Part shown: in pieces, positions 38,992 to 48,771 of the stretch
Position numbering within the stretch: the first letter of the stretch is position 1
Layout of the letters: each line of letters opens with the position of its first letter
Assembly: GCA_033723415.1 (NCBI GenBank)
Contig: JAWVXD010000007.1
Coordinates: 1-64,000, forward strand
Source of the DNA: Sulfurospirillaceae bacterium
Lineage (GTDB): Bacteria; Campylobacterota; Campylobacteria; Campylobacterales; Sulfurospirillaceae
Direction: 5' to 3'
DNA: 64,000 nucleotides
Program-made: the position numbers and the translations under genes
The notes under the pieces: generated by a model
Database searches by the model: none
What the model saw: only the letters and a program-made list of their open reading frames with translations
What the model was told of the DNA's origin: nothing

Positions 38992-38993
38992 AT

Positions 38994-39563
38994 TTAGCTT
39001 TCTCTAGCATCAGCTAAAGTTATAGCAAAAAGAACATTTATATTATGTTTTTCACAAATTTCTCTAGCCTCCATCAAAGTATGCCCTGAAGTGACAATGT
39101 CATCTAATAAGATAACATTTATACCCTCTTTGCAAGATAGTCTAAAATTTCTCTTTTGAGTCTTTCTTATATTTAATTTCTGACCGGAGTATCTTATTTT
39201 GTTTTTGGCCCTAAGCGAACCAAAAATTGGTTTTACATAATCCTTTACTGCTTGTGCCATAACTGCAGTATGAGAGTACCCTCCTCTTGTGTGATCGTCC
39301 ACCGGAAGCAAATATACATCCTCAATATTTACAGTCTTTAAAAATGGCAAGATAGCATTGTCGCTAAGTTGTGAAAAAACTTTTGCGCCGATATATGTGT
39401 GTTTTGTGTGTAATAATTTTGATAATTCGCTGTATTTATAAAAGGAGTAGACCACAAACCCATCATCTAAAATTCTTTTTTGAAGAGTGGGTTTGAGGAT
39501 TGTTTTCAGGCAATTTTTACATATGACGTGCAGACTATAATCTAAGCATAGAAGGCAACGCAT
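38994..39563 (-). CDS. comF: ComF-family phosphoribosyltransferase-like competence protein
   Basis: CxxC...CxxC N-terminus, YSHTA, ILLDDIVTSG. Confidence 0.85.
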   Translation of the reverse strand: MRCLLCLDYSLHVICKNCLKTILKPTLQKRILDDGFVVYSFYKYSELSKLLHTKHTYIGAKVFSQLSDNAILPFLKTVNIEDVYLLPVDDHTRGGYSHTAVMAQAVKDYVKPIFGSLRAKNKIRYSGQKLNIRKTQKRNFRLSCKEGINVILLDDIVTSGHTLMEAREICEKHNINVLFAITLADARES

Positions 39564-39572
39564 ATTTGCTCT

Positions 39573-41369
39573 TTAGTCTAACTTTAGAACAGTCAAAAAT
39601 GCTTCTTGAGGAAGTTGTACTCTTCCTATAGATTTCATCCTTTTTTTACCTGCTTTTTGTTTTTCTAAAAGCTTTCTTTTTCTTGTGATATCTCCACCGT
39701 AACATTTGGCAGTAACATTTTTCCCCATAGACTTTACGGTTTCTCTAGCTATAACTTTATTGCCTATGCTCGCTTGAATAGCTACTTCAAAAAGCTGTCT
39801 TGGGACGATCTCTTTCATAGCTTTTACAAACTCTCTACCTTTACTCGTAGCACTTTCTCTTGGAACGATAATAGAGAGTGCATCCACGACTTCACCAGCG
39901 ACCAAAACATCAAGCTTGACTAAATCACCTTCTCGATAATCGGTCTGTTCATAATCAAAACTTGCATAGCCTTTACTGACTGATTTGAGTTTATCATAGA
40001 AATCCATTACTATTTCATTCATAGGGATCGAATACTCCAAAAGTACCCTCTCTTCTGTAATATAATCCATCTTTTCTTGGATCGCTCTTTTTGTATTTAG
40101 AAGTGAAATAATATTTCCAAGAAAATCCGTAGGTGTCAAAATAGTAGCTTTGACATATGGTTCTGTTATCTTTACTATCTCATTTACAGGCGGCAATTGA
40201 CTTGGATTTTGTATCTCTAGTATTTCTCCGTTTGTTTTTTCCACATTATAAGTTACAGTAGGTGCTGTAGCTATCAAATCAAGACCAAATTCTCGCTCTA
40301 ACCTTTCTTTGACAACTTCCATATGTAAAAGTCCCAAGAATCCAACACGAAATCCAAAACCAAGTGCTACTGAAGTTTCAGGTTCATAAGATATGCTCGC
40401 ATCATTTAATTTTAATTTATTTAATGCGTCTCTTAGCTCTTCAAACTTATCTGTTTCTATTGGATAGATACCTGCGAAGACAAATGATTTTATCTCTTCA
40501 AATCCTTTAATAGGATTTTTTGTTTTATTTTTATTATCTGTAATAGTATCACCGACTCGAACATCTCCGATATTTTTAAGACCAAGTACAACGATACCTA
40601 CTTCTCCGGTTTTTATAGTAGGTGTTTTTTCCAACACTAAAGGGTGGGGATACATCAGATTTAAAACTTCATGTTTTTTCCCTGTTCCCATAACATATAC
40701 TTCTTGTCCCTTATTTATACTGCCATCATATACTCTCACAAGAGCAAGAGCTCCTAGATAATTATCAAACCAACTGTCATAAATGATCGCTTTTGTAGGG
40801 GCATCTTCGTCACCCTGTGGTGCAGGGATGATTTCTACGATCTTGTCTAAAAGTTCTCTTATTCCTTTGCCGCTTTTTGCACTTACTTCCAGTGCTTCAC
40901 TGCAATCTAACCCGATAACATGTTCTATCTCTTCTTTTACTCTCTCAGGCTCAGCAGCAGGCAAATCAATCTTATTAAGTACGGGGATAATTTCTAAGTT
41001 ATTTTCTAAGGCTATATAGACGTTTGCTATCGTTTGTGCTTCAACACCCTGAGAGGCATCTACAACCAATAATGCTCCATCACTAGAAGCAAGTGAGCGG
41101 GACACTTCATAAGAGAAGTCAACATGACCCGGAGTATCTATAAGATTCAAGATATATGGCTCACCGTCTTTGACATACGTCAAACGAACACTTTGAGCTT
41201 TGATAGTGATACCACGCTCTTTTTCTATATCCATGGTATCCATCATCTGAGCACTCATCTCTCTAGCACTAACTGCGCCACACTCCTGTATAAGACGATC
41301 GGCAAGTGTACTTTTGCCATGATCTATGTGAGCGATAATAGAAAAGTTTCTAATTCTGGATTTACTCAT
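39573..41369 (-). CDS. lepA: Translation elongation factor 4
   Basis: [40 protein letters not shown]. Confidence 0.99.
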   Translation of the reverse strand: MSKSRIRNFSIIAHIDHGKSTLADRLIQECGAVSAREMSAQMMDTMDIEKERGITIKAQSVRLTYVKDGEPYILNLIDTPGHVDFSYEVSRSLASSDGALLVVDASQGVEAQTIANVYIALENNLEIIPVLNKIDLPAAEPERVKEEIEHVIGLDCSEALEVSAKSGKGIRELLDKIVEIIPAPQGDEDAPTKAIIYDSWFDNYLGALALVRVYDGSINKGQEVYVMGTGKKHEVLNLMYPHPLVLEKTPTIKTGEVGIVVLGLKNIGDVRVGDTITDNKNKTKNPIKGFEEIKSFVFAGIYPIETDKFEELRDALNKLKLNDASISYEPETSVALGFGFRVGFLGLLHMEVVKERLEREFGLDLIATAPTVTYNVEKTNGEILEIQNPSQLPPVNEIVKITEPYVKATILTPTDFLGNIISLLNTKRAIQEKMDYITEERVLLEYSIPMNEIVMDFYDKLKSVSKGYASFDYEQTDYREGDLVKLDVLVAGEVVDALSIIVPRESATSKGREFVKAMKEIVPRQLFEVAIQASIGNKVIARETVKSMGKNVTAKCYGGDITRKRKLLEKQKAGKKRMKSIGRVQLPQEAFLTVLKLD

Positions 41370-42298
41370 TAAACAAACAGCCCATTTACACTTTCATTAT
41401 GATATACTCTTCTGATTACTTCTGCAAATGTAGGTGCTACGCTTAATACTTTTATCTTTGAACACTCTTGTTTTAGAGGAATAGTATCTGAGACAACAAG
41501 CTCGTCCAAATCACCATTTTCGATTCTTTCATAAGCAGGGCCGCTAAGTACCGCATGCGTACAACATGCCATAACACTGGTCGCACCTCTTGCTTTTAAC
41601 ACCTGGGCACCTTTGACTATGGTCCCGGCAGTATCTATCATATCATCTACCAAGATAACATCTTTGCCTTCTACATCGCCGATAATGTTCATGATCTCAG
41701 CTTCGTTAGCCTTCTCTCTTCTTTTATCAACGATAACCATATCGCATCCTAATTTTTTTGCAAAACTTCTTGCTCTTGCTACTCCCCCTATATCTGGACT
41801 AGCTATGATAGGGTTTTTTAAATTTTTATTTTTAACATATTCATTAAATATGATTGAGCCATATAAATTATCCACTGGGATATCAAAGAAACCTTGAATT
41901 TGACCTGCATGAAGATCAATTGTTACAACTCTGTCAATACCTGCAACTTGTATCATATTTGCTACCAATTTAGCAGTTATAGGTACTCTCGGAGCCGCTT
42001 TTCTGTCTTGTCTGGCATATCCAAAATACGGCATAATAGCCGTGATTGAGCTAGCAGAACTTCTTCTTAGTGCATCAGTTAAAATTAATAACTCCATCAG
42101 ATTGACATTTGCCGGTGAACACGTTGATTGGATGATAAATACATCTTTACCGCGAACACTTTCACTTATCTGTACACTGATCTCTCCATCGCTAAATCTC
42201 TTGATTTCAGCCGGCGAAAGTGGTAAGGCTAGATATTTAGCAACTTTTTTTGAAAATTCCGGATTTGCAGTTCCTGCAAAGACTTTATACCCTCTCAT
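41369..42298 (-). CDS. prs: Ribose-phosphate pyrophosphokinase
   Basis: [37 protein letters not shown]. Confidence 0.98.
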   Translation of the reverse strand: MRGYKVFAGTANPEFSKKVAKYLALPLSPAEIKRFSDGEISVQISESVRGKDVFIIQSTCSPANVNLMELLILTDALRRSSASSITAIMPYFGYARQDRKAAPRVPITAKLVANMIQVAGIDRVVTIDLHAGQIQGFFDIPVDNLYGSIIFNEYVKNKNLKNPIIASPDIGGVARARSFAKKLGCDMVIVDKRREKANEAEIMNIIGDVEGKDVILVDDMIDTAGTIVKGAQVLKARGATSVMACCTHAVLSGPAYERIENGDLDELVVSDTIPLKQECSKIKVLSVAPTFAEVIRRVYHNESVNGLFV

Positions 42299-42407
42299 AT
42301 CATGATTTCCTTTGAAAATAGTAGATGCGTATTTTACTAAATAAGGACTTAAAAAGATATTTTTTTAAGCCTTGTTTTACTATATTTTTATTTAATGCTT
42401 CTGTATG

Positions 42408-43049
42408 CTATTTGATAAATTCAACAACTTCATCAAAAGGTAATCTTATATGCTCAGGTTGGGCATTTACCCTATAGCCAAATGGCAAAACCAAAGCAAG
42501 TTGAAATTTAGAGGTATCAAGACCTAGAACTGTTTCTACTCCATCTTTATCAAACCCTTCGATAGGACAAGAATCTATACCTAACATGCCTGCGGCATTC
42601 ATCATATTGCCTGCGGCAATATAAGTTTGTCTGGCTGTCCATGAATAAATCTTTTCATCTGTACTCAAGGTATCTTTAAGATGTTCTGCGTAAACATTCA
42701 TATAAGTATCGATCTTTTCTTTTGGTCCTTCTCTTCGCTCAAATCTCTTCCTTGGGATACCGCTTTCCACTTTTACATTTTCGATAGCTGCCAATAGTAC
42801 AACTAGATGTGAACAAGAAGTAACCTGAACTTGATTCCAGCAAAATGGTCTGATCTTTGCCTTTAGATCTTCATTTGTTATCACCAAAAATTTCCATGCT
42901 TCCATACCAAAGGATGATGGAGACATTCTACCGATCTCTAAGATAAAGTTCATATCTTCTTGCGATATTTTTTTTGTGTCATCAAAAAGCTTACATGCAT
43001 GTCTAAATTTTGCACCTTGCATAATTTGATCTTTTAATGCTTTGTTCAT
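42408..43049 (-). CDS. NAD(P)H-dependent nitroreductase (NfsB/RdxA-like)
   Basis: FRHACKLFD, SPSSFGMEAW, GIDSCPIEGF. Confidence 0.92.
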   Translation of the reverse strand: MNKALKDQIMQGAKFRHACKLFDDTKKISQEDMNFILEIGRMSPSSFGMEAWKFLVITNEDLKAKIRPFCWNQVQVTSCSHLVVLLAAIENVKVESGIPRKRFERREGPKEKIDTYMNVYAEHLKDTLSTDEKIYSWTARQTYIAAGNMMNAAGMLGIDSCPIEGFDKDGVETVLGLDTSKFQLALVLPFGYRVNAQPEHIRLPFDEVVEFIK

Positions 43050-43112
43050 TTTATTCCTTTTATTGTTTTTTGATACTTTATTTGATTTTATGTAAATTTT
43101 GTGCGTTTAAAA

Positions 43113-43739
43113 TTATTTATACAGGGTTATAAAACCTCTGTGAAGTTTCAGCTTTTCTTCTTTTTCTAACTCTTTCAAAATTCTACTTACCACCACTCTT
43201 GATGTTCCAAGATTTTGTGCGATCTTTTCATGAGTTGTGTAAATATTTTCACAATTTTTACTTTTAATGTATGATAGAATTCTATCCTTAAGAGGCTTAA
43301 ATTTCAAATCTTCAATCAGAGTGGCAAGAGATATTAATTTTAGAGAAAACAGTCCAAACATATAATCTTGATAACTGTCAGATTCTCTCATGAGTTCTTT
43401 TATACTATTTGTATCTAATATATAACCTTTGACTGCACTTGTAGTTACAGCACTTGCAAGAGCCGGTGTAGATGTGATCGAGCTTGAGGTATTTATGACG
43501 CATTGCTCACCTGCATCTACTTGATATAGTGTTATTTCGTAGCCTTCAGGACTTTGAAGATATACTTTTATACTTCCTGATTCAATATACAAAATCCCAC
43601 CGCATAATTCACCCTGCAAAAAAAGTACCTTATCCTTTGGAAAAGAAACTTTTTTTGCATAAGTGAAAAATTTATCAGTTTCACTTTGTGTGAAATTATC
43701 AAAAAACCTATAAAGTTCTTCTAATCTTCTTTCTTGCAT
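43113..43739 (-). CDS. Crp/Fnr-family transcriptional regulator
   Basis: SGSIKVY...EITLY, HTH THEKIAQNLGTSRVVVSRILK. Confidence 0.9.
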   Translation of the reverse strand: MQERRLEELYRFFDNFTQSETDKFFTYAKKVSFPKDKVLFLQGELCGGILYIESGSIKVYLQSPEGYEITLYQVDAGEQCVINTSSSITSTPALASAVTTSAVKGYILDTNSIKELMRESDSYQDYMFGLFSLKLISLATLIEDLKFKPLKDRILSYIKSKNCENIYTTHEKIAQNLGTSRVVVSRILKELEKEEKLKLHRGFITLYK

Positions 43740-43909
43740 GAGCTAAACTTAAAAAGAGGATATAGGGGACAAAATCCGACTAATCCAGTAACTAAAGGTA
43801 TAACTCCGATATAAGCTATAGGTTGCTTTGCATAATATGCGTATGCAACCAATGCTGCACCAACTACAATTCTAGCTACTCTGTCCATTCCACCAACATT
43901 ACACTTCAT
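43721..43909 (-). CDS. DUF2892 (YgaP-like) small membrane protein
   Basis: MKCNVGGMDRVARIVVG...PLVTGLVGFCPLY; AGGAG RBS. Confidence 0.9.
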   Translation of the reverse strand: MKCNVGGMDRVARIVVGAALVAYAYYAKQPIAYIGVIPLVTGLVGFCPLYPLFKFSSCKKED

Positions 43910-43965
43910 AAGCTTCTCCTATTTTAAAATATATCACTATTGTACAACTATATTTAAAAATTGTC

Positions 43966-43981
43966 TGTAACATATGTTACA
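43966..43981. promoter_or_regulatory. Perfect palindrome TGTAACATATGTTACA, class II Crp/Fnr-type site
   Basis: Centred about -41.5 from the minus-strand TACAAT at 43939-43944. Confidence 0.7.
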
Positions 43982-44034
43982 TAGCTTACTATATCATTCT
44001 TAAACTTTAAATAAAATTACGATAAAATACACTT

Positions 44035-44790
44035 ATGTATAATCTATTATTTGTAAATTATCTTATGTTTAACCTTTTAAATGCACTAAAAAATGCAAAC
44101 GCCGTGCATGATAATAGTGATATAGAACATCTTCATAAATTTAGAGTATATACTAGAAGAGTTGTATCTTTGTTAAAACTTTTTATGCCCGAAGAAAAAA
44201 AGATAATAAAATCGTTAAAAAGAGCATTAAAATACACTAACGTGTTAAGAGATTTAGATGTATTGCTATTGACGATCAATGAAAAAAAATTCCCTAATCT
44301 AAAAAATGAGATAAGACAATATAGAATAAATGAGTATAAAAGAGTATGGACCAAAGAAACTTTGGATGAAATATCATCGATCATTCTTAATGCCTCTGAT
44401 GAATTACACACTCTTCCAGGTATTGACTCATACCTACATATGATAGAAGTTGCAGAACAATATTTTGCTGATACTATGCACATATATCGTACATTATCCA
44501 GCGAACATGACAGTGATAAAAAATTTCATGAGGTAAGAATAAGGTTTAAGATTGCCAGATATGCTTTTGAATTTCTGAAAAATTGTCAGATAGCAGAAGA
44601 AGAAAGTAAGATCGAAGAATGCAAAAAAGCTCAAAAAAGCTTCGGAGATGTTCAAGATATATATTCTCAACTGCAGTGGTTTAAAGAATACAGCAAAACA
44701 AATCCATCAAAAGAATGTACGAAGATCATAAATAAACTCACTAAAAAATTAAAAAAAGAGAGGCAAAATATTACGCTCTCTTCTAGTTGA
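44035..44790 (+). CDS. CHAD-domain protein (polyphosphate-binding family)
   Basis: EHLHKFRVYTRR, LRDLDV, FHEVRIRFKIARY, FGDVQD. Confidence 0.85.
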   Translation: MYNLLFVNYLMFNLLNALKNANAVHDNSDIEHLHKFRVYTRRVVSLLKLFMPEEKKIIKSLKRALKYTNVLRDLDVLLLTINEKKFPNLKNEIRQYRINEYKRVWTKETLDEISSIILNASDELHTLPGIDSYLHMIEVAEQYFADTMHIYRTLSSEHDSDKKFHEVRIRFKIARYAFEFLKNCQIAEEESKIEECKKAQKSFGDVQDIYSQLQWFKEYSKTNPSKECTKIINKLTKKLKKERQNITLSSS

Positions 44791-44802
44791 TCTTTAGGAT
44801 TG

Positions 44803-46716
44803 TTAAATTATCCTAGCTCCATAAAAATGTACATTTTTAATAGTATCTTTGCTTACGTATATAATCTCACATTTAAATTCTGTTTTACCGGAGAGTTCAT
44901 GTTTCGTCTTGATCGTAAGAATATCGCCTTTTTGCCTATTTATCTCTTCATTGACATCATAAAAAGATATGCCGTTGGATGACAAGTCAAATACATATAA
45001 ACTATTTGATTTTGCATCCTTTGCCTCCAATGGAGGAGTTATAACTGTTCTTTTGGCGTCTCTGTTATCCAAAACTACTTCAAACCCATCTGCAAGAGTT
45101 TTCAATGATGCACTTTTATCAGCCGTATCTTTCATGATCTCTTTTGCATCTTCTGCATTTTTTACAAGAGTTTTGCTAGAAGCATCAACATTTTCCAATT
45201 CTTCTTGCATCTTATTTAGCATAGTAGATTCTTCAGTAAATTGGATATTAAATTCGCTTAAATATTTTGAGATCAAATCAAAACTGTCTCTTATATCTTC
45301 AAAGTTTTTCTCTATAACCTTTGAGCTGTCTGCTAGCGTAATAACGCTTTCTTTTGATTTTTTTGCACTTTGAGAAACATTATCTATCTGTTGGTTTATC
45401 TTTTTCAGTACAACACCAATATCATCGGCATTTTTTTGAGACACCTCAGCTAACTCTCTTATCTTTTCCGCCACAACTGCAAAACTTCTTCCGTGAACGC
45501 CTGCACGAGCTGCCTCAATCGCCGCATTCAGTGATATAAGATTCGTTTCATCTGCAATGTCTGAGATAATATCCATCATTTTTGAGATCTCATTTGAGAA
45601 AGTCTTTAAATCTTGTACTGTCATGGTTGTTTCTTCCATGGACTTTGCAGCATCTAATCCTTGCTCTAAATTCTTTGAAACTTCCAACTTACTCTTATCA
45701 ACAATCTTATTTGAATTATGCGAACTATCCATCATCTTTGACAATGTTTCTTGCATAATTGCATTATCTTGAAATATCTCTTTTAATTTTTGTTGTGAAT
45801 TTTCAAGTACGTCATGCTGTGTTTTTACGAGCTCATTCGTCTTATCTATCTTTGCATAACCATAACTTGCATTAAAAGCCATATGTTTACTTTCCATAAC
45901 GACATTTTCTATAACCGGCTTGAGAGTGTTTACCATCTTATTCATATGTCTAAACAACATGTCAATCTCATTTTGACTGTTTTCCGTGTCTGCCGGTTCA
46001 TCTTTCACGATATCTTCTATGACAAAGTTTCCTTTTTCTACTCTTAAAATGACTTCCAAAAGTTTATTGACTCGTTTTGAAACATACTTTTTAAAGAGGA
46101 AATATGTAAGAAGTAGAATTATAACTATATTGATGATCCCCGTCAGAACCGTCAGTAGTATGTTGTTATCAATAGACGCGCTAAAATCGCTCAGATCTAT
46201 CCTAACATCTTCAATCGCTATCACATCTCCAGGCCTCCAAGTCGGGTGACACATTTTACATCTTTTTTCTGCCATGATAGGACGAGCCATCAAATAAAAA
46301 CTTTTATTTGAATCTTTAATATTTTGTTCGTATTGTTTTAGTTGTCTGTCTTCTTTAAATATATTTATTATATTACTTTCATATTCTGTAGCTTTATTTT
46401 TAGGATTCATAGGAGTATTTGAAGCTTCTTTGAAAAATACTTTTCCTTTTGATAATTTCGTAAATCTATCAAAAACTTCATTTTGAATCATTTGAGGTAT
46501 TTCGGTTGATTGCCCGCTAAAGAATTTCTGATTTCTAGAGTCTAATAAAACATCGGCAAAATTTAGTACCGATGTACCTTGAGATTTCAAGTTTTGTGTC
46601 AAAGATTCTTTTTCTTTAACATAACCGTAATAATAAAAAACTGTTGAAATTGCGATAAATGCACAAGCAAACATAATCGAAAACATGGTCGAAAGCTTTA
46701 ACTTTTTTATGTTCAT
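44803..46716 (-). CDS. Methyl-accepting chemotaxis protein with periplasmic c-heme (DUF3365/Tll0287-like) sensor and C-terminal PilZ domain
   Basis: TM-periplasmic (PMNPKN, CKMCH)-TM-HAMP, IADETNLISLNAAIEAARAG, then RDAKR and DLSSNG. Confidence 0.88.
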   Translation of the reverse strand: MNIKKLKLSTMFSIMFACAFIAISTVFYYYGYVKEKESLTQNLKSQGTSVLNFADVLLDSRNQKFFSGQSTEIPQMIQNEVFDRFTKLSKGKVFFKEASNTPMNPKNKATEYESNIINIFKEDRQLKQYEQNIKDSNKSFYLMARPIMAEKRCKMCHPTWRPGDVIAIEDVRIDLSDFSASIDNNILLTVLTGIINIVIILLLTYFLFKKYVSKRVNKLLEVILRVEKGNFVIEDIVKDEPADTENSQNEIDMLFRHMNKMVNTLKPVIENVVMESKHMAFNASYGYAKIDKTNELVKTQHDVLENSQQKLKEIFQDNAIMQETLSKMMDSSHNSNKIVDKSKLEVSKNLEQGLDAAKSMEETTMTVQDLKTFSNEISKMMDIISDIADETNLISLNAAIEAARAGVHGRSFAVVAEKIRELAEVSQKNADDIGVVLKKINQQIDNVSQSAKKSKESVITLADSSKVIEKNFEDIRDSFDLISKYLSEFNIQFTEESTMLNKMQEELENVDASSKTLVKNAEDAKEIMKDTADKSASLKTLADGFEVVLDNRDAKRTVITPPLEAKDAKSNSLYVFDLSSNGISFYDVNEEINRQKGDILTIKTKHELSGKTEFKCEIIYVSKDTIKNVHFYGARII

Positions 46717-46780
46717 TCTCTACCCACTTTTGATTTCAGATAGAGAATATTACCAAAAAATTTCTGCAATTGAGTTTAAA

Positions 46781-47797
46781 TTATACTATCCAGGCACTAC
46801 CTATAACCATGTCACCATCATAAAAAACTGCCATCTGTCCAGCCGCTATTGCTTGCAAAGGCTCATGTAGTAATATCTCTGCATCATTACCTTTTATATT
46901 TACAATGCATCTGCTTTTTGGGCTTCTATATCTTATCTTAACTGAACACTCAAATTTACTTTCGTTGATAAACATATTAACATCTTTTGCTACAAAACTG
47001 TTCATAGTCAAATCATCTTTATCGCCTACTATTATCTCATTTGTCTGAGGATTCGTAGATATTACATAGTGTGGACTTAGAGCTCCTTTTACACTAAAGC
47101 CTTTTCTTTTCCCTATCGTGTAATGCATATATCCTTTGTGTTCACCTACTATTTCACCCTTGGTATTTAAAACATTTCCTGGTTTATCAGTACTTGTGTG
47201 TTTTTTTAAAACATCTATGTAAGTAGTATCTACAAAACATATTTCACTACTCTCTTTTTGTGTTGCAAACTCTTGTAAGACATCTATTTGAGAAGCAAAT
47301 TTTTTTACATCTTCTTTATACATCTCACCCAAAGGAAACGTAACAAAATCAAGATTCTCTTTCTTCACATTTGCCAAAAAGTAACTCTGATCTTTTGTTT
47401 TATCAACAGCTTCTTTGATAAAACCATCTACAACTTGAACATAGTGTCCTGTTGCCAATTTATCTACACCTAACTCTTTTGCAAATTCAATGAGTGCTCC
47501 AAATTTTATATTTCTATTACACAGTGCACAAGGGTTAGGAGTTAATCCCTCTTCATATTTTTTTATAAAAGGCATATAAACAAATTCATTGAACCTATCC
47601 CTGATGTCAAGAACATGATAAGATATGCCAAGATATTCGGAAACTTTTTTGATCTTTCTTATATTTTCTTCATGTGATTTTTCGTCATTATGAAGCCTCA
47701 TATATACACCTTGTATATCGTGACCTTTTTCTTTTAATTTGTATGCGGTAACTGTTGAGTCAACACCCCCGCTCATTGCAACTAGTATTTTAGACAT
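46781..47797 (-). CDS. mnmA: tRNA 2-thiouridylase
   Basis: AMSGGVDS, TPNPCALCN, ATGHY, KDQSYFL, ICF. Confidence 0.97.
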   Translation of the reverse strand: MSKILVAMSGGVDSTVTAYKLKEKGHDIQGVYMRLHNDEKSHEENIRKIKKVSEYLGISYHVLDIRDRFNEFVYMPFIKKYEEGLTPNPCALCNRNIKFGALIEFAKELGVDKLATGHYVQVVDGFIKEAVDKTKDQSYFLANVKKENLDFVTFPLGEMYKEDVKKFASQIDVLQEFATQKESSEICFVDTTYIDVLKKHTSTDKPGNVLNTKGEIVGEHKGYMHYTIGKRKGFSVKGALSPHYVISTNPQTNEIIVGDKDDLTMNSFVAKDVNMFINESKFECSVKIRYRSPKSRCIVNIKGNDAEILLHEPLQAIAAGQMAVFYDGDMVIGSAWIV

Positions 47798-47896
47798 TTT
47801 TGTTTCTTTTTGAAGTATTTTTAAGTTTTATATTACATCTTTTTTGCTTAAAAACTCTCGTTATTAATTATAGAGTTTTTTCGTCAAAGCTAGATA

Positions 47897-48760
47897 TTAT
47901 CTTAATTTTTCCAATCGCTCTCTTCTTGATCCGATCTCTCCGACTTGAATACCAAAGTTACCGTCTACTATAACCACTTCTCCGATAGCTATAACCTTAT
48001 CTCCAACTAAAATCTCTAGCGGATCATTTGCAAGTTGTTCCAATTCTATAACTGATCCTATATCCATAGATAAAACATCTTTAAGGAGCATTTTTTTATA
48101 ACCTATACGTACTCTTATAGGCAATGCCACATCTTTGATAAGTTCAATATTTCTAGTTTCTGAAGCATCCAAATTGACTTGATTTTCAATATTATTCTGC
48201 TCTAGTACTCTTTTTTCTACTTTCTCGATTATTTCTTTAGGAGCATTTTCTCCTGAGAGTCTTGAATACAAATCGCTATCAAGGGCAAATGAAATATTAT
48301 CCATACAACTCTTAATATTAATATTAAATATAAGAAGATGATTGAACTCTTCAAAAGCAACAACTTGTGAAGAATCTTTGAATTCTATATTTTCAACACT
48401 AAAATTAATATTCGGCATATCTTTTTGTGCTTTTAATGCAGTAGAAAAAGAGCCTAATATATTTGAGATAATCTCTTTTGTTGCATCTAGATCATCATCA
48501 TCCATCTCTTCTTTTTCCGTGCCCTCACCACCAAGCATCATATCACCAATAGCAGTTGCCAAATTAGTAGATATAGCAACACTTATATTGGTATTTAGAT
48601 CACCTGAGATTTTTACTTTTGAGACTGCAATAGGCGGTGTCAAGGTCGTTTTGCTGTCTATTTCTATATTTCCATGAAGTTCAACTTTTGGACTGGCCCC
48701 GGTTAATCCCTCTATTGTTGATACGATCTCATCTTGTAATAATTTTAAAAAATCTGACAT
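47897..48760 (-). CDS. fliY: Flagellar motor switch protein FliY
   Basis: DMMLGGEG, DLDATKEIISN, C-terminal FliN domain GEVVIVDGNFG. Confidence 0.92.
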   Translation of the reverse strand: MSDFLKLLQDEIVSTIEGLTGASPKVELHGNIEIDSKTTLTPPIAVSKVKISGDLNTNISVAISTNLATAIGDMMLGGEGTEKEEMDDDDLDATKEIISNILGSFSTALKAQKDMPNINFSVENIEFKDSSQVVAFEEFNHLLIFNINIKSCMDNISFALDSDLYSRLSGENAPKEIIEKVEKRVLEQNNIENQVNLDASETRNIELIKDVALPIRVRIGYKKMLLKDVLSMDIGSVIELEQLANDPLEILVGDKVIAIGEVVIVDGNFGIQVGEIGSRRERLEKLR

Positions 48761-48771
48761 AACACCCTCAT

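Noticed and set aside
44001..44027. Possible sigma28 promoter (TAAA...CGATA) before the CHAD gene
   Set aside because: Spacing is about 2 nt off the TAAA-N15-GCCGATAA pattern; TAAAAT fits sigma70 equally well
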